A DNA stretch of 64,000 nucleotides from Octopus sinensis (Eukaryota), in assembly GCF_006345805.1 (NCBI RefSeq), contig NC_043018.1, forward strand, positions 17,174,001-17,238,000, written 5' to 3'. The translations under genes were made by a program, and so were the position numbers. Within the stretch, counting starts at the first letter, position 1. The number at the start of each line of letters is the position of its first letter. Positions 25,472 through 38,083 of this stretch are shown here, in pieces. Below the pieces are notes generated by a model, which made no database searches, was not told where the DNA came from, and saw only the letters and a program-made list of their open reading frames with translations.

Positions 25472-25866
25472 CTAGCATTATCGCCCGGTGTTGCTCGTGT
25501 TTGTAAGGGAAATAACTATATAAGCATTTTTAGAGAGTTATAGCCAAAAAATAGCAAAAACATGCATTAAAAATGGAGAAAAAATTATGGTAATTTTTTT
25601 TTAAATCGTTGACTCATCGTAGACATTTTTAGAGAGTTACTTCCCTTATATAATAGCGAAAAATGCATTAAAAGGGAAAAAAATGATGGTATATTTTTTT
25701 TTAATCATTGACTCATCGTAGACGCGCGCTAATACCCAGAAGGGCTCGATATGAATCACGACTATAAGATACCCGGTTTTAGTTAAACTGCACCGCAAAA
25801 TGTGGGAGTAGTTAGGAATCTAAATCGTAGGAGACAGACACACAACTTCTCTTTTATATATAAAGA
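25472..25866 (-). mobile_element. Non-autonomous Helitron
   Basis: A|TC 5' end, subterminal GAGCAACACCGGG hairpin, CTAG|T 3' end, no TSD; ~95-bp internal subrepeats. Confidence 0.88.
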
Positions 25867-26182
25867 TTTATCTTTCATTGTTTAGTTTAAATGCAATCAT
25901 ATTTCTTTAAGGTTCCATCGGTGGAGTTTGTAAACACTTGGACAATCCATGCAAATGACATTTAAAAATTACGATCAGAATTAAAGTAGAGAATTAAATT
26001 AGAGAAATATTCGTCTGCAAACTTAAATCTAAAGAACAAATTAATAGCGGATAAGATCGAAATTACCATTTTCATTGAAGTTGTAATAGTGTTTAGAATT
26101 ATGTCAGAGTTTCATATAAAATTGTTTCGAAAATCATAACTATCACTTCGTGTTCTCTTCTGCCTTTCGTTTCCAATGTATA

Positions 26183-26298
26183 AGACTAAAAGAAAAACCA
26201 CATATTTGTAAAAGTAGTAGCCACAAATGTCTTAATAACGTACAAAATTTCACTTGTAGATGTAGAAATTTTGCACACAATGTTGAATACAAAGAATA
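26183..26298 (+). pseudogene. Possible EGF-like exon remnant
   Basis: KEKPHICKSSSHKCLNNVQNFTCRC matches the C-x-[DN]-x4-[FY]-x-C-x-C EGF hydroxylation pattern, but the sixth Cys is missing and a stop follows. Confidence 0.3.
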
Positions 26299-27104
26299 AT
26301 ATTTTCTAGAAAAATAGCAGGACATACATATTCTTGATGCAGATTTTGTGTCATTCATTCCTGATAGTTGGAATAGGTTTACAAGTGTGAGTTGCAATCC
26401 GAATTCTATGCAGGTTTGCAAGTAAACGAAATTGACGTAAATTGAAACCAAAAATGGAGTCGTGTCAAACTGCTATGCAGCAATTTAGGTGAGAACGTCT
26501 TATGACCATTTGGATAGCGAAATATTTTATATGGAAATGAAAGTGGGGTAATTATAATAGTAACTGTAGATATCTTGTGTGATATTTCGCTGTGCATGTT
26601 AACGGCGAACAATAAAGAAATAATGACTAACTAATATTCCTGCATGACATACAAACAAAAAATAATTATGAAATCGAATTATGTTTTAAATTATTTTCTA
26701 CTTTGATGTAATATTTCAGATGTGATATTTTAGAAAAAAATTATTTAATATTTGGAAAATGATCGCAAATTTTAATTTTACATCAAAATATTACATGCAG
26801 GATAATTTCAAAATTATAAAAGATGACAGAAATATAATTATTTTAATTTATCCTTCATTTCTATTCTTTTAATTCAATTAATATTTTCTCCGCGCACAAA
26901 ATGAAATATGTTTTCGTAAAAAAGAAACATGCATATTAATGTATCATCATGTCTATATGTGTGTTCAGGAAAGTGTAGTCGTAGATGTGAATTCATATAT
27001 GTATATATATATGTGTGTGTATGTGTGTGTGTGTGTGTGAGTGTGTGAGTGTGTGTGTGTGTTCGGCTGTAAGCATGTGCAGATCTGTGTACATAAGTGC
27101 AAGT

Positions 27105-27135
<31 letters not shown>

Positions 27136-27920
27136 CGTGCGTGATACTATGCCGATACTGTATCGATGGTCCGTTTTGCAATTTCGACAAATGGTTTCGA
27201 TACCACATCATGATTTCTTGATCAATTAGGCTCTATTATATACTCCGATCTACTCAAATATCCAGCTTTCACTTTCACCAAGCGTTGTGATAAGATTAAC
27301 TGTAAATACAAATCGACGGATTGAAAACACCATTCATCATAACTGGAAATCCATTTGAAGGTTTTTTAAAATTTATTTAGCGTGCGAGTATATGCAGCGT
27401 ACCCAGATGCATTATCATTCAATAATCACGCAATATATCTCGGTCGTTCAACTGGAGAAATTCTTGATACACATTATTTATTTTACAGTTAATCAGATAT
27501 GGCAATGTTTCTCCATGTAAAATGATTTTATAATGAAATATTGCGGCATAAATGACAGACGAAAGTTATACTGTAAGTTAAGAATAAATTAAAGAACTCC
27601 TTGATAGTGATAGGGAATTTTGCAGTAGGAATTTGGAATATGTGAACACCCTTGTAGTAATGGATAAAAAATAATGAGGTATACCTTAATGGTGTATGAG
27701 AGAAACTAAATCTGCAACTGACCTTAGAAACAGATAGTAGATTAGAATGCATTCCTAGAGGTAAAATGCTTTGTAAATAATTATTGGAGACGATAGACTG
27801 TCAGATGATGACTGTGGCATAGGTTAATACTATAGCAATAGAGATAACCAGCGTGTTTCCATTCATCCTACATCTTGACACAATTGTTTGTGATATAGTG
27901 TTCTCAAATTTATTTCAAAG

Positions 27921-27973
27921 ATGAAAAGTGTCATTCCTCAGAGTGTCTGCACAGGGCCTGTAAAATATGATTG
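27921..27973 (+). CDS. Candidate 53-nt exon (MKSVIPQSVCTGPVKYD)
   Basis: Acceptor tttatttcaaag, donor TG|gtacgt, one open frame. Confidence 0.25.
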
Positions 27974-28212
27974 GTACGTATTAAAAAAATGAATTTTGGA
28001 AATTTTAAGCTCTGCCATTAGCGATTGATTCACCAAATTGCACACATCATGTAATCTCTTTTAGGAGATCTTGAATGAGGTGCATTTTGAGAAGGATGGA
28101 TGGATGAAGAAACAGCTTACTAAGAGATAATCTATTTTGACTAAATGATTGTCACTACGAAGTCATCAACCTCACTACACTACAAATAAAATTACACACA
28201 CACATGCATATT

Positions 28213-28253
<41 letters not shown>

Positions 28254-28289
28254 GTATATATATATATGTATATATATATATATAATATA

Positions 28290-28320
<31 letters not shown>

Positions 28321-28360
28321 CATCTGTTTTTTGTGCTTTCATGTTTGGATTAACTTTATG

Positions 28361-28405
<45 letters not shown>

Positions 28406-28415
28406 TTATTGATTA

Positions 28416-28533
28416 TGAAAATGGAGAGATCCAATGAATACAAATTAATTTAATAATTTATTAGCATCTTCACCTACAACTGTCTCATTTAATTAATTAA
28501 TTAATTTATATCCATTGGATCTCTCCATTTTCA
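28416..28533. repeat. Hairpin: 21-bp perfect stem extending to ~35 bp
   Basis: TGAAAATGGAGAGATCCAATG / CATTGGATCTCTCCATTTTCA. Confidence 0.9.
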
Positions 28534-28697
28534 AACTATATAATAATACATGATATTTTATGGTATTTTATATAATATATTCATTGAAAAATTGCAATAT
28601 ATTAAACCAGTGCATCGTGGATAAAAGCATATCCCTATTAGTTTTCTAAATATCGTCATGATAAATAAATAAATAAATATATATATATATATATATA

Positions 28698-28744
<47 letters not shown>

Positions 28745-28747
<3 letters not shown>

Positions 28748-29082
28748 ACACCCTGCGGTCATGAATGAGCAACGGATTGTACTTTAGAGAATCCCTTTCG
28801 GGGGTACAACACCTGGCGGGTGTGTTTGTGGATGACCAGCAATAGACTATGTGTATAATACTCCCATCTCTACACCACCGATGTTATGAAGGGAAGAGGG
28901 AAAGGCCGATAAAACTTGACGCGAGTGACATCGCAACTCATGTCTACAGCTGATTGAACTGGATCAGTGTCAAATAAAGTGTCTTGCTCAAAGAGCACAT
29001 CACACAGCCCGGTCTGGGAATCGAACTCAAAAAGCTATGATTATATTTCCTATGCTCTAACCGCTGAGTCATGCGCCTTCAC
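28745..29082 (-). mobile_element. tRNA-derived SINE, family E (CORE-like middle)
   Basis: Minus strand GTGAAGGCGCATGACTCAGCGGTTAGAGC..GAGTTCGATTCCCAGACCGGG..TTGAGCAAGACACTTTATT. Confidence 0.8.
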
Positions 29083-29950
29083 ACTTATGCATACATACAC
29101 ATACACACGTATATACATACATACATACACATATACATACATGCACACATACATATATGTTGGTAAGTAAATATATATATATATATATATATATAATTAA
29201 GTAGTAAACTGAATATCAAAATATAACCCAGCTATCTATGTAATCATAAATTTGTTTAATTTGAACAGCGGGCAGCACCACCATACATAATCGATTTCCA
29301 AAACAATAAACGTGGATGAACAAGAGAAGATAGTAAAATATTACAGACAATATTTTATAGCAGATAATATTCTATCAAATTTCTAATTACCTTCTTCAGC
29401 CCATCTTTCAATATCAAATTTTAAGAATCATTTTCTGCTTTCTTTGCACCATTTCCTCTCTCTCTTCTTTTGTTATTGATTACTGATAACGATCAATACC
29501 CACTAGAATTTAAACATAAGTCTGACGACATTTCAATCTCGCGTTATAAAATTTCCTATTAAACTATATTTCATTTATCATTTTTTTGTGCATTTTTTAT
29601 TTGCAAACCTACTTAAGGTAGCTACCGAAACTTAATTGGTAGCGACAAATGATGCCTCTATGACGACGGTCTAGTGGCCTGGCCTGCTAGAAATAGCAAA
29701 TAACAGCTAAATTACTCCTAAATCACTTCCTACAAACATATACATATACATATGTATGGCAAATGAAAGATGGGAGATGAAATATATGAGATTTTATTAT
29801 TGAGCAAGAAAATTGGTTCCACACAAGTAGTATATTATATATATATATATATATATAATATGTGACAATTATTCGGTAGCCATGATAAAAATTCCCTATT
29901 TACATAATATCGAAGTCTCTTTCATTCTTTTCTTGCCTTACCATTTGTAT

Positions 29951-30006
<56 letters not shown>

Positions 30007-31503
30007 TATAATATATATATATATATGCATGTATATCAGTTAACAACGTATAACTTTGTATTCGATCACGTGCTGTGGCGCAGTGCTGTGTACTCTGGTG
30101 GAGTACAACACTCAGAATCAGAAATGATCAGAGGAAATAAAATAGAAAGAGAAGTGAGCTGCTTAGGCAGCAATATTCCATATAAGGTAATACTTCCTAC
30201 AGGGAGGGTTTGAATCTATAATCCACCTCGAATCTAGAAACAGTAAAGCTGCTGACCTGGACTTCTTCAGAAATATGAAGAAAAAATCATTATCAGATTC
30301 CTATTAACGACAACAAAGAGAGGATGGTCATGACTGGATATGTGTTAACAATTGTTCTTGTGAATCATGCATCACTTTTACCCAAACAATTATAAGAGGT
30401 GATGCCATATTTCCATCGTGGAACGTTGTATGTGTTAGAATAATTCGCCAATAAATATTTGTGGCATTCTAGATTACATCGTGAATAAAAATATATTCAA
30501 TACATTGCAATAATAAGATTTTGAAACTTTTCAATATTTACTGATGCATTATTCATACAGCACGTGTAAAAAAAAAACAACAACTGTAATATCAAAACAC
30601 TGTTATTATTTTAAAATCTCATATTAAATATTTTATTAGATGGCAGGAAGGTGTGGCTATTTGAAAGAATTACTATAGTAATGAAATATTTGATAAGCCA
30701 TAAAAAGGAAAAGGAAAGACAGACAAGCATAGCTTCAGAAAGAATTGGGAAAAACGACTGTGTTAAATTCTATACGTTTTTATGTCATTACATAAATTTG
30801 TATTCCACGATACTTCATTATGAATGCAGAACGGAGAACCGCTTAGTTTTTACAACGAGACTAATCTCCTTGTTTATAAAGAGAGGATATAGTTTTTCAT
30901 TGAACACATTGGGCCTTATACACCGAAAGAAGCCGCATTGAAGTTAGTGACGTGGATATCTTCAGAAACCTATATGCACATGAATAGAAAGCATTTCTTT
31001 TAAAGTTTTAGGAAACATTAAACCGGTTTTTTGCAGAACTTATGAAAAACTAGTCCATAATATCATTAACTGGGGATCTAACATTTATTTCTGACATTCA
31101 TTACGTTTAAAACTCGCCTGAATTTGTCTCTCTTACTTGTTGAGAAGCCATGAGAACAGCATGACTCATCGGGGATTACTGATTTGAAATATAATATAAT
31201 TATAGATACTTAACTTAATCCAGAATTACACTCCTTAACATTAACTTACATATTGTTCGTCATTTTACTGCTGTCCCTGAATTAATACTGCGTTGATCAT
31301 TTCTCCTTACCGATTAACACTCTCAAAGCCGCTTACCCCCACGCCAAGACATAGTCTGCATTATTGGGGTTATCCGAATTCCATGGTACCAAATGTCTTA
31401 GACGAAATAAGCATGTATAACGTTCTATTACTCTCTCTTTCTCTCTCTTCACACACACATACATGCACGCATACATACATACATCAACACACACACACAC
31501 ACA

Positions 31504-31566
<63 letters not shown>

Positions 31567-31679
31567 ATAAGAAAATGGAGGCGATCAGTAGGTGGTTCAT
31601 CGACTTTTAGACATTATATTATGTTAACTTATTTATTTACTAAACTGATAATTATAATAATACACATACATATAACATA

Positions 31680-31886
31680 TTACGGAGATGTACTTGCATA
31701 GCAAGTGATTTGATCTGAGATCGTGTGCTGAAACGAAAACATTTGCAGCGTCGAAGGTGTTTGTAAGTCATTTAAGAAACACACAAAATCCGTTCGATTC
31801 ACTTCAACATTTAAGTTTAATTTGTCAAAGTATTTTCGTCACTTTAAGACCGCGACCTGTTCACTGACAAAAATCCGTGCTGCATC
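31680..31886 (-). mobile_element. ~205-bp non-coding element, family H, carrying a G3:C8 hammerhead variant (31821-31871)
   Basis: Homologous to 47898-48046 and 59133-59340; followed immediately by an inverted partial copy (31887-31973). Confidence 0.85.
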
Positions 31887-31973
31887 CAGGTCGCGGTCTT
31901 AAAGCGACGAAAATATTTTGACGAATTAAACTTAAATGTTGAAGTGAATCGAACGGCTTTTGTGTGTTTCTTA
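31887..31973 (+). mobile_element. Inverted, 5'-truncated family H copy
   Basis: Starts at CAGGTCGCGG (core missing) and is the reverse complement of 31790-31859. Confidence 0.85.
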
Positions 31974-32129
31974 GTTAACATAATATTCCTTACATATAAG
32001 ATATAAGATATTATATATAATAATATGTAAGGAAAATAACTTTTAGCTGTTTCAGCCATTAGATAAAAGTACCTCATTCTACCTTTATTACTCAAGTGGA
32101 TAACTCTCAGACTAATTTATATTTATATA

Positions 32130-32528
32130 ATAGCAGTAACGCCCGGCGTTGCTCGGGTTTGTAAGGGAAATAACTATATAAGCATTTTTAGAGAGTTATA
32201 GCCAAAAAATAGCAAAACAATGCATTAAAAATGGAAAAAAAAATGATGGTAACTTTTTTTAAAAATCGGACTCATCGTAGACATTTTTAGTGAGTTACTT
32301 CCTTTATATAATACCGAAAAAATGCATTAAAATGGAAAAAAATGATGGCAATTTTTTTAAAAATCGTAGACTCATCGTAGACGCGCGCTAATACCCAGAA
32401 TTGCTCGATATGAATCACGACTATAAGATACCCGGTTTGGGTTAAACTGCACCGCAAAATGTGGGAGTAGTTAGGAATCTAAATCGTAGGAGACAGACAG
32501 CATACAACCTCACTTTTATATATAATGA
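32130..32528 (-). mobile_element. Non-autonomous Helitron
   Basis: Same family as 25472-25866; A|TC start, 3' end mutated to CTAT. Confidence 0.85.
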
Positions 32529-33544
32529 TATAGAGAGAGAAACGTGGTAAACTTTCTTCTCCGTTGTTTAATTTTATATTGCAGTAGTTTAAATCTTGCG
32601 GAAAGTGGAGGGGGGGGTTATTAATTATTTATTTAATCTAATTGGTTAGCAATTTTTAAAAATTACTTTGTCTCAGTTATGGTTGGTTATCGAGGAGATA
32701 TTGATAAATAGGGTACAGCTGATCATGTATGGAAAAATAGAGACCACCTCCCCCCCCTGTAGTATGAAGATAAAATAATAGACAGAGAACAGATTCAGTT
32801 TTTTGATACATTTTAAAGTGAAGTCTGTTTTAAATTTAATTGCTATATCCTTTACATTTGCGAGTGAACATATTTTTTTTTTTTTAAATATGTAAAACTA
32901 TCAGGAAAATCATTGGTTTTGTAGTTTAAAAAAGTAAACACAAATAATATAAATAGTAAACTTCAAAGTAAAAACTAAATATATATCTTGCTAAAACAAA
33001 GCAAAATCAAATTATGGTTGTTTGTTCGTAAAATTTATAATTTCTGAAAACGGACGACTTCAAAATAACTTCAAAAAGTTCAGATTGAATCACAAAAATG
33101 TTCTCAAATTTTTTTTCCTAATTCTATTTACATGTACACAGAAATACATGGCAGATTGTATGGTATACATATATATAATATACTGTTATATACTTAAAAT
33201 GAATATTACGAAAACAACATTATTACGAGATATTTGAACTTCCTTGAGGTTACTTAGTAGTATATGACTACAAAATCGTCATATTCTACCAAGTAACCTA
33301 ACAAAACTAGCACCACGGTTGATATTTTCAGATGTTTTCACGAAAACAGCAAATATTTCAACAATTAGAACTGTAAATGTAACCAAGTAATTTTTTTTAT
33401 GCTTGATGGACAAAAGTTTCGTTTCTAGGTTTAAAAACAACTGCTTTTCACTTGAGGCGATCTGGCTTACAGAAAATTTTATATTCCACTCCTTATTATA
33501 AAGTTTCTGCCTCCCTCCCTTTCTCTCCCTCTTTCTCTCTCTGA

Positions 33545-33629
<85 letters not shown>

Positions 33630-33675
33630 GCATTTATAACTATTTCAGTATGATTGTATATTTATATATTTGTAT

Positions 33676-33714
<39 letters not shown>

Positions 33715-34739
33715 GGAGAGATCAATTGATTGATAGCATCCTCAATATTGTCTATGTGGCTGAGAAATTTGAAACATAAAGCCAATAATATATATGTACA
33801 TAGTTTTCGAAATCGATTTTATTCAAGTTACATTTAAGCAAACAACAATGAGCGATGAAAATATTTATCGTCAAATATCTAAAATGTTAAACGGACTTTC
33901 AGTCAGTATTTACATGAACACATAGTTCATGTAATGGTTATTCTTGTATTATATAACAAATACCGTCACGTGATAATTTTTTAGTTTTTCCGTTCTAAAT
34001 GGCCTCGAATATTGTACGTAAACAAACGTGATTAGAACAATTAATAACAACAAATTAAATTTATGAATCGTTTATCATTTTCCTCATCAATGTTTTTCGC
34101 AGGGGGAAAAGAAATGCAAGATATTTATAGCCAACTTTGTTTTTCTTCTTGCATCTAAAAGAAATGTCTGCCATAACACAACAATCTGGATAAACATAAA
34201 CATTAAATTTACGTTCAAATCAGTCTTCAGCGGGGAAAACAGAACTTAACAGGCATTTTTTTACATTGGATCCTGTACAATATTTATTTAAAATATGAGG
34301 CCATAACAGTAAGAGTGTCAGTTATATATTTCCAAGGAAGACGGGTAAATATATTGAGGAGAGGGTGACCAGAATTGTGGTAGGCAATGATCTAAACACG
34401 CTAAAATGGTATAATTAATCAATATGAAATGGTTATCGATTAAGAAAGTTGGTAGTGGCAAAGATATATTTAAATGTATCAGTTTCAAAATGAACCACGA
34501 AGGATAGATATAAGCGCGTTAGTTTCAACCTTAGTTCATTTTTCTTGTACTCACACGTATTTTACAAAGCTATCTGGTGGTAGGGGGTGGTGGTGACACG
34601 AGGTAGCTTTGTTCAATTTGTTATTTTTGTTATTTCTACTGATACAGCCGCAATTTTTCTCTCGTTTTTTTATTCTGTCCCTCTGGGTAAAATGCGATAT
34701 TTACTGATATATTTCTCATTCAATACTATAAGATATAGT

Positions 34740-34860
34740 TAGTCGACAAGATGACAGAATTGTTAGCACGCCGGACAAAATGCTTACCAGTATTTCATCC
34801 GGCTTCTCGTTCTGTGTCCAAACTCTGTTGAGTGGATTTCCATTTGACCCAATAGGTCAG
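34740..34860 (+). mobile_element. Degenerate SINE head related to family B
   Basis: GACAGAATTGTTAGCACGCCGGACAAAATGCTTA..CGTTCTG resembles the family B head. Confidence 0.5.
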
Positions 34861-35046
34861 TGGTTGTCTAGTATACTTATATTTGCATATATATATGTAT
34901 AAATGTGCGTGTATGCGTGTGGTTATTGTATAGGTGTGTTTTGCGTTTGAGTTTGTCAGTGTAATTGTGTGCATACACCTAAATTTATGTATGTATGTAT
35001 GTATGTATTCATGGCACGCTAAGTTTTGTCCTTCGTTCGCTCTTAC

Positions 35047-35164
35047 TACATTTTCCACTTTCATTATCGCAGGTTTTTCATCAGTTTCTGTCGATAAAGT
35101 TGGCATAATTGCGTTACAATATTTATCAATGTATGTCAAATTGCCAGATATCACATATTTCATT
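35047..35164 (-). CDS. Candidate exon (MKYVISGNLTYIDKYCNAIMPTLSTETDEKPAIMKVENV)
   Basis: Strong donor GTA|gtaaga; weak acceptor; phase-compatible with 37921-38083. Confidence 0.25.
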
Positions 35165-35790
35165 CTGTATCTGGATATTCAGCTCTCATATGTCCACCGG
35201 AATTCCATCAGAATCACACGTTTATGGTATAACAACTTAAACGTTGTGGAGAATTTTGCCAAGAACAATGAGCGTTTCAAAGCCGTATATATTGTGCAGT
35301 CAGTCACATATGATCGGTTTTATATGAAGATGTATGAGAAATAGATTTTTAAATTACCATTTCTATCTTGTGGGGACATTTATGTGAAAACAGTAACTAC
35401 ATCCATGTGCTGCAATGGTGGTATAAACATGCAAAGAGATTAATAATAAAGCAAACGATGTATTAGACAGCAAATGATGAAGAGGTGCAACAAAGGAATA
35501 GTTTAAGAGTGAAACACACAGTGTTTTATTATATATTGAGTAAGATTTGTCTTCATACAAATTGCCGAGTTAGTCTTCGGGAAAATTACAATATTACTTC
35601 TTCAGTATTTAATGTAAAAACGTAAGTTGTTGTCGAATTTCAGACAATTTAAACATACGCAATAATTTAGATTTGAGATTGTTGCACAAACCACCTGCAG
35701 ATCCATTTACCTTAAATCCAATGTTATAATAAAAACTATTAGCTAATTCTGGCTATAAGTTTCGTATACACACACGCATATATACACACA

Positions 35791-35843
<53 letters not shown>

Positions 35844-36069
35844 AAATATTAGGGAATAACTCCAAACTTACAGGGAAAAATCAGATTTAGGATTAAATCC
35901 AATTTTATAGTATAAATATATTATATTATATTATATTAAATTAGTGATAAAACCACTATTAGGCAAATCAAACAAAGGAAAACATAAGCCAATACATAAA
36001 ATTAATTAATTTATATTATTTTAAATATATATCAAAAGTATTAAAAGTTTAATAAAAGATAAAGAGTAA

Positions 36070-36140
36070 GACACTACGATCGTTTCATGGCTGTACAATT
36101 CGTAATAATTAGAGTTATGGTTACAGTCAATCTTCAGGTT
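36070..36140 (-). ncRNA. Decayed hammerhead motif in an AT-rich repeat
   Basis: CUGAAGA U UGACUGUA..UACAGCCA U GAAAC GAUC GUA/GUG: intact core, palindromic CGAUCG stem III, GUA triplet; stem I only 2 bp. Confidence 0.5.
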
Positions 36141-36699
36141 AATGTATATATATATGTATATATAAAGGTCTTTTTCTTCAAGCAATATCGGAGATCCTAA
36201 AACTTAAAGAGTGCTGTTTTTATGGGTGTCCTCGTTCACGCTATAGACAAATGGTGGTGAGGACTTAAATGAGTCGCTAGTTTTAATATTTACATCAATA
36301 ACGCTGGTTAAATTTATTCATTCTTTGTGGTAATACCTTCGTGCTGTTTGTCTGATGAATGATTAACTCTCTTTCTCCTGATAGTGAAAACAATCAACTA
36401 AGGGTTGTAGGCCCCTAAATCTCTACATATCACTAAACCCACTAAAATCGATGCGAATGAAATTTGCAAGTAATTTTTATATAAAGACAGTAGCAGAAAG
36501 CTGAGTCAAATTCCTCAAAAAATGCAAGTACCACGACTGGAAGTTATTGTGATAAATGTTAACTAATAATGGCACCGAAACATTATCTACACACACACAC
36601 ACACATATATATGTGTGTATGTATTTTTGTAAGAGTGAGGCACACAGTGTTTTATTATATATTAAGTAAGATTTGTCTTCATACAAAATGCGCACGCAC

Positions 36700-36700
36700 C

Positions 36701-36735
<35 letters not shown>

Positions 36736-36758
36736 CTACACAGATATATATATATAGA

Positions 36759-36790
<32 letters not shown>

Positions 36791-36857
36791 AAGAGAAAGA
36801 TATATATATATATATATATATATATAGATAGATAGATAGATTGATTGATAGATCGAG

Positions 36858-36888
<31 letters not shown>

Positions 36889-36900
36889 GATAGATAGATC

Positions 36901-36946
<46 letters not shown>

Positions 36947-37010
36947 CTGATAGATCGAGATAGATAGATAGATAGATAGATAGATTGATAGATATAAAGA
37001 GATAGGTAGA
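36700..37010. repeat. Compound (TA)n/(AG)n/(AGAT)n microsatellite
   Basis: Seen directly. Confidence 0.96.
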
Positions 37011-37497
37011 TAGGTAGGTAGGTTAATCGATAGTTGTGTATGTATCCATTTAAGCATGTAGGTATCAATGTATTTTCAGTAAGTTTTTTTCAATCATTAG
37101 TTGCTACATTCTTTGCATGTCAAAGATATAAAATTATTTGCATATGGAACAATCACAGCATAAACTTCGATTAACTATTCCACCATAAATCAACGATAAT
37201 GAACACTTCGATAATTTTAGCAATAAATTATTCTGATCAATTATATAAACATATACGCAAAAACGATTCCTCGCAATACACAAGGCGAGAGAAAAACTAG
37301 GAATAAATGTTGATGGAACATTCTAAACACTTCCACACAGTAATCCCAATGTTTCTTTCGTGAGTAATTCAAACTTATATCTTGTGTGTGTGTGAGTGAG
37401 TGCGTGCATATCTGTGAGTGAGTGAGTGACTGAGAGACTGTGTGAGTGAGGGAGGGCGTGAGTGAGAGAGTGACTGAGTGATTGTATTCATGTATTT

Positions 37498-37882
37498 GAT
37501 GGAAGCACTCCGTCGGTTACGACGACGAGGGTTCCGGTTGATCCGAATCAACGGAACAGCCTACTCGTGAAATTAACGTGTAAGTGGCTGATCACTCCAC
37601 AGACACGTGTACCCTTAACGTAGTTCTCGGGGATATTCAGCGTGACACAGAGAGTGACAAGGCCGGCCCCTTGAAATACAGGTACAACAGAAACAGGAAG
37701 TAAGAGTGAGAGAAAGTTGTGGTGAAAGAGTAGAGCAGGGATCACCACCACCCCCTGCCGGAGCCTCGAGGAGCTCTAGGTGTTTTCGCTCAATAAACAC
37801 TCACAACGCCCGGTCTGGGAATCGAAACCGCAATCCTATGACCGCGAGTCCGCTGCCCTAACCACTGGGCCATTGCGCCTCC
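37498..37882 (-). mobile_element. SINE family C with 12-bp TSD
   Basis: ATTCATGTATTT at 37486-37497 and 37883-37894. Confidence 0.95.
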
Positions 37883-37920
37883 ATTCATGTATTTATGTAC
37901 ATAACCATTACTATACATAC

Positions 37921-38083
37921 CCCAGGCTTTGAGAAGAACATTCCAACACTATAACTTCCTTCTTTCCGTGATTTGGATATACCACAAAAGGGTAGAAATT
38001 GATTGCATTCACAGAAACATTCGAAAGTGGTTGAGTGCTCCTCAGGGAAGACTCTATCCTGTTTGATATTAAAGATGCAGCAG
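37921..38083 (-). CDS. Candidate exon (AASLISNRIESSLRSTQPLSNVSVNAINFYPFVVYPNHGKKEVIVLECSSQSLG)
   Basis: Acceptor tttacttatctctataaatacag, strong donor GGG|gtatgt; two frames are open, so the frame is uncertain. Confidence 0.4.

Noticed and set aside
30150-30190. LGSNIPYK resembling LGSNIRYQ at 8.97 kb
   Set aside because: A six-residue match is expected by chance among this many frames; flanks do not align.
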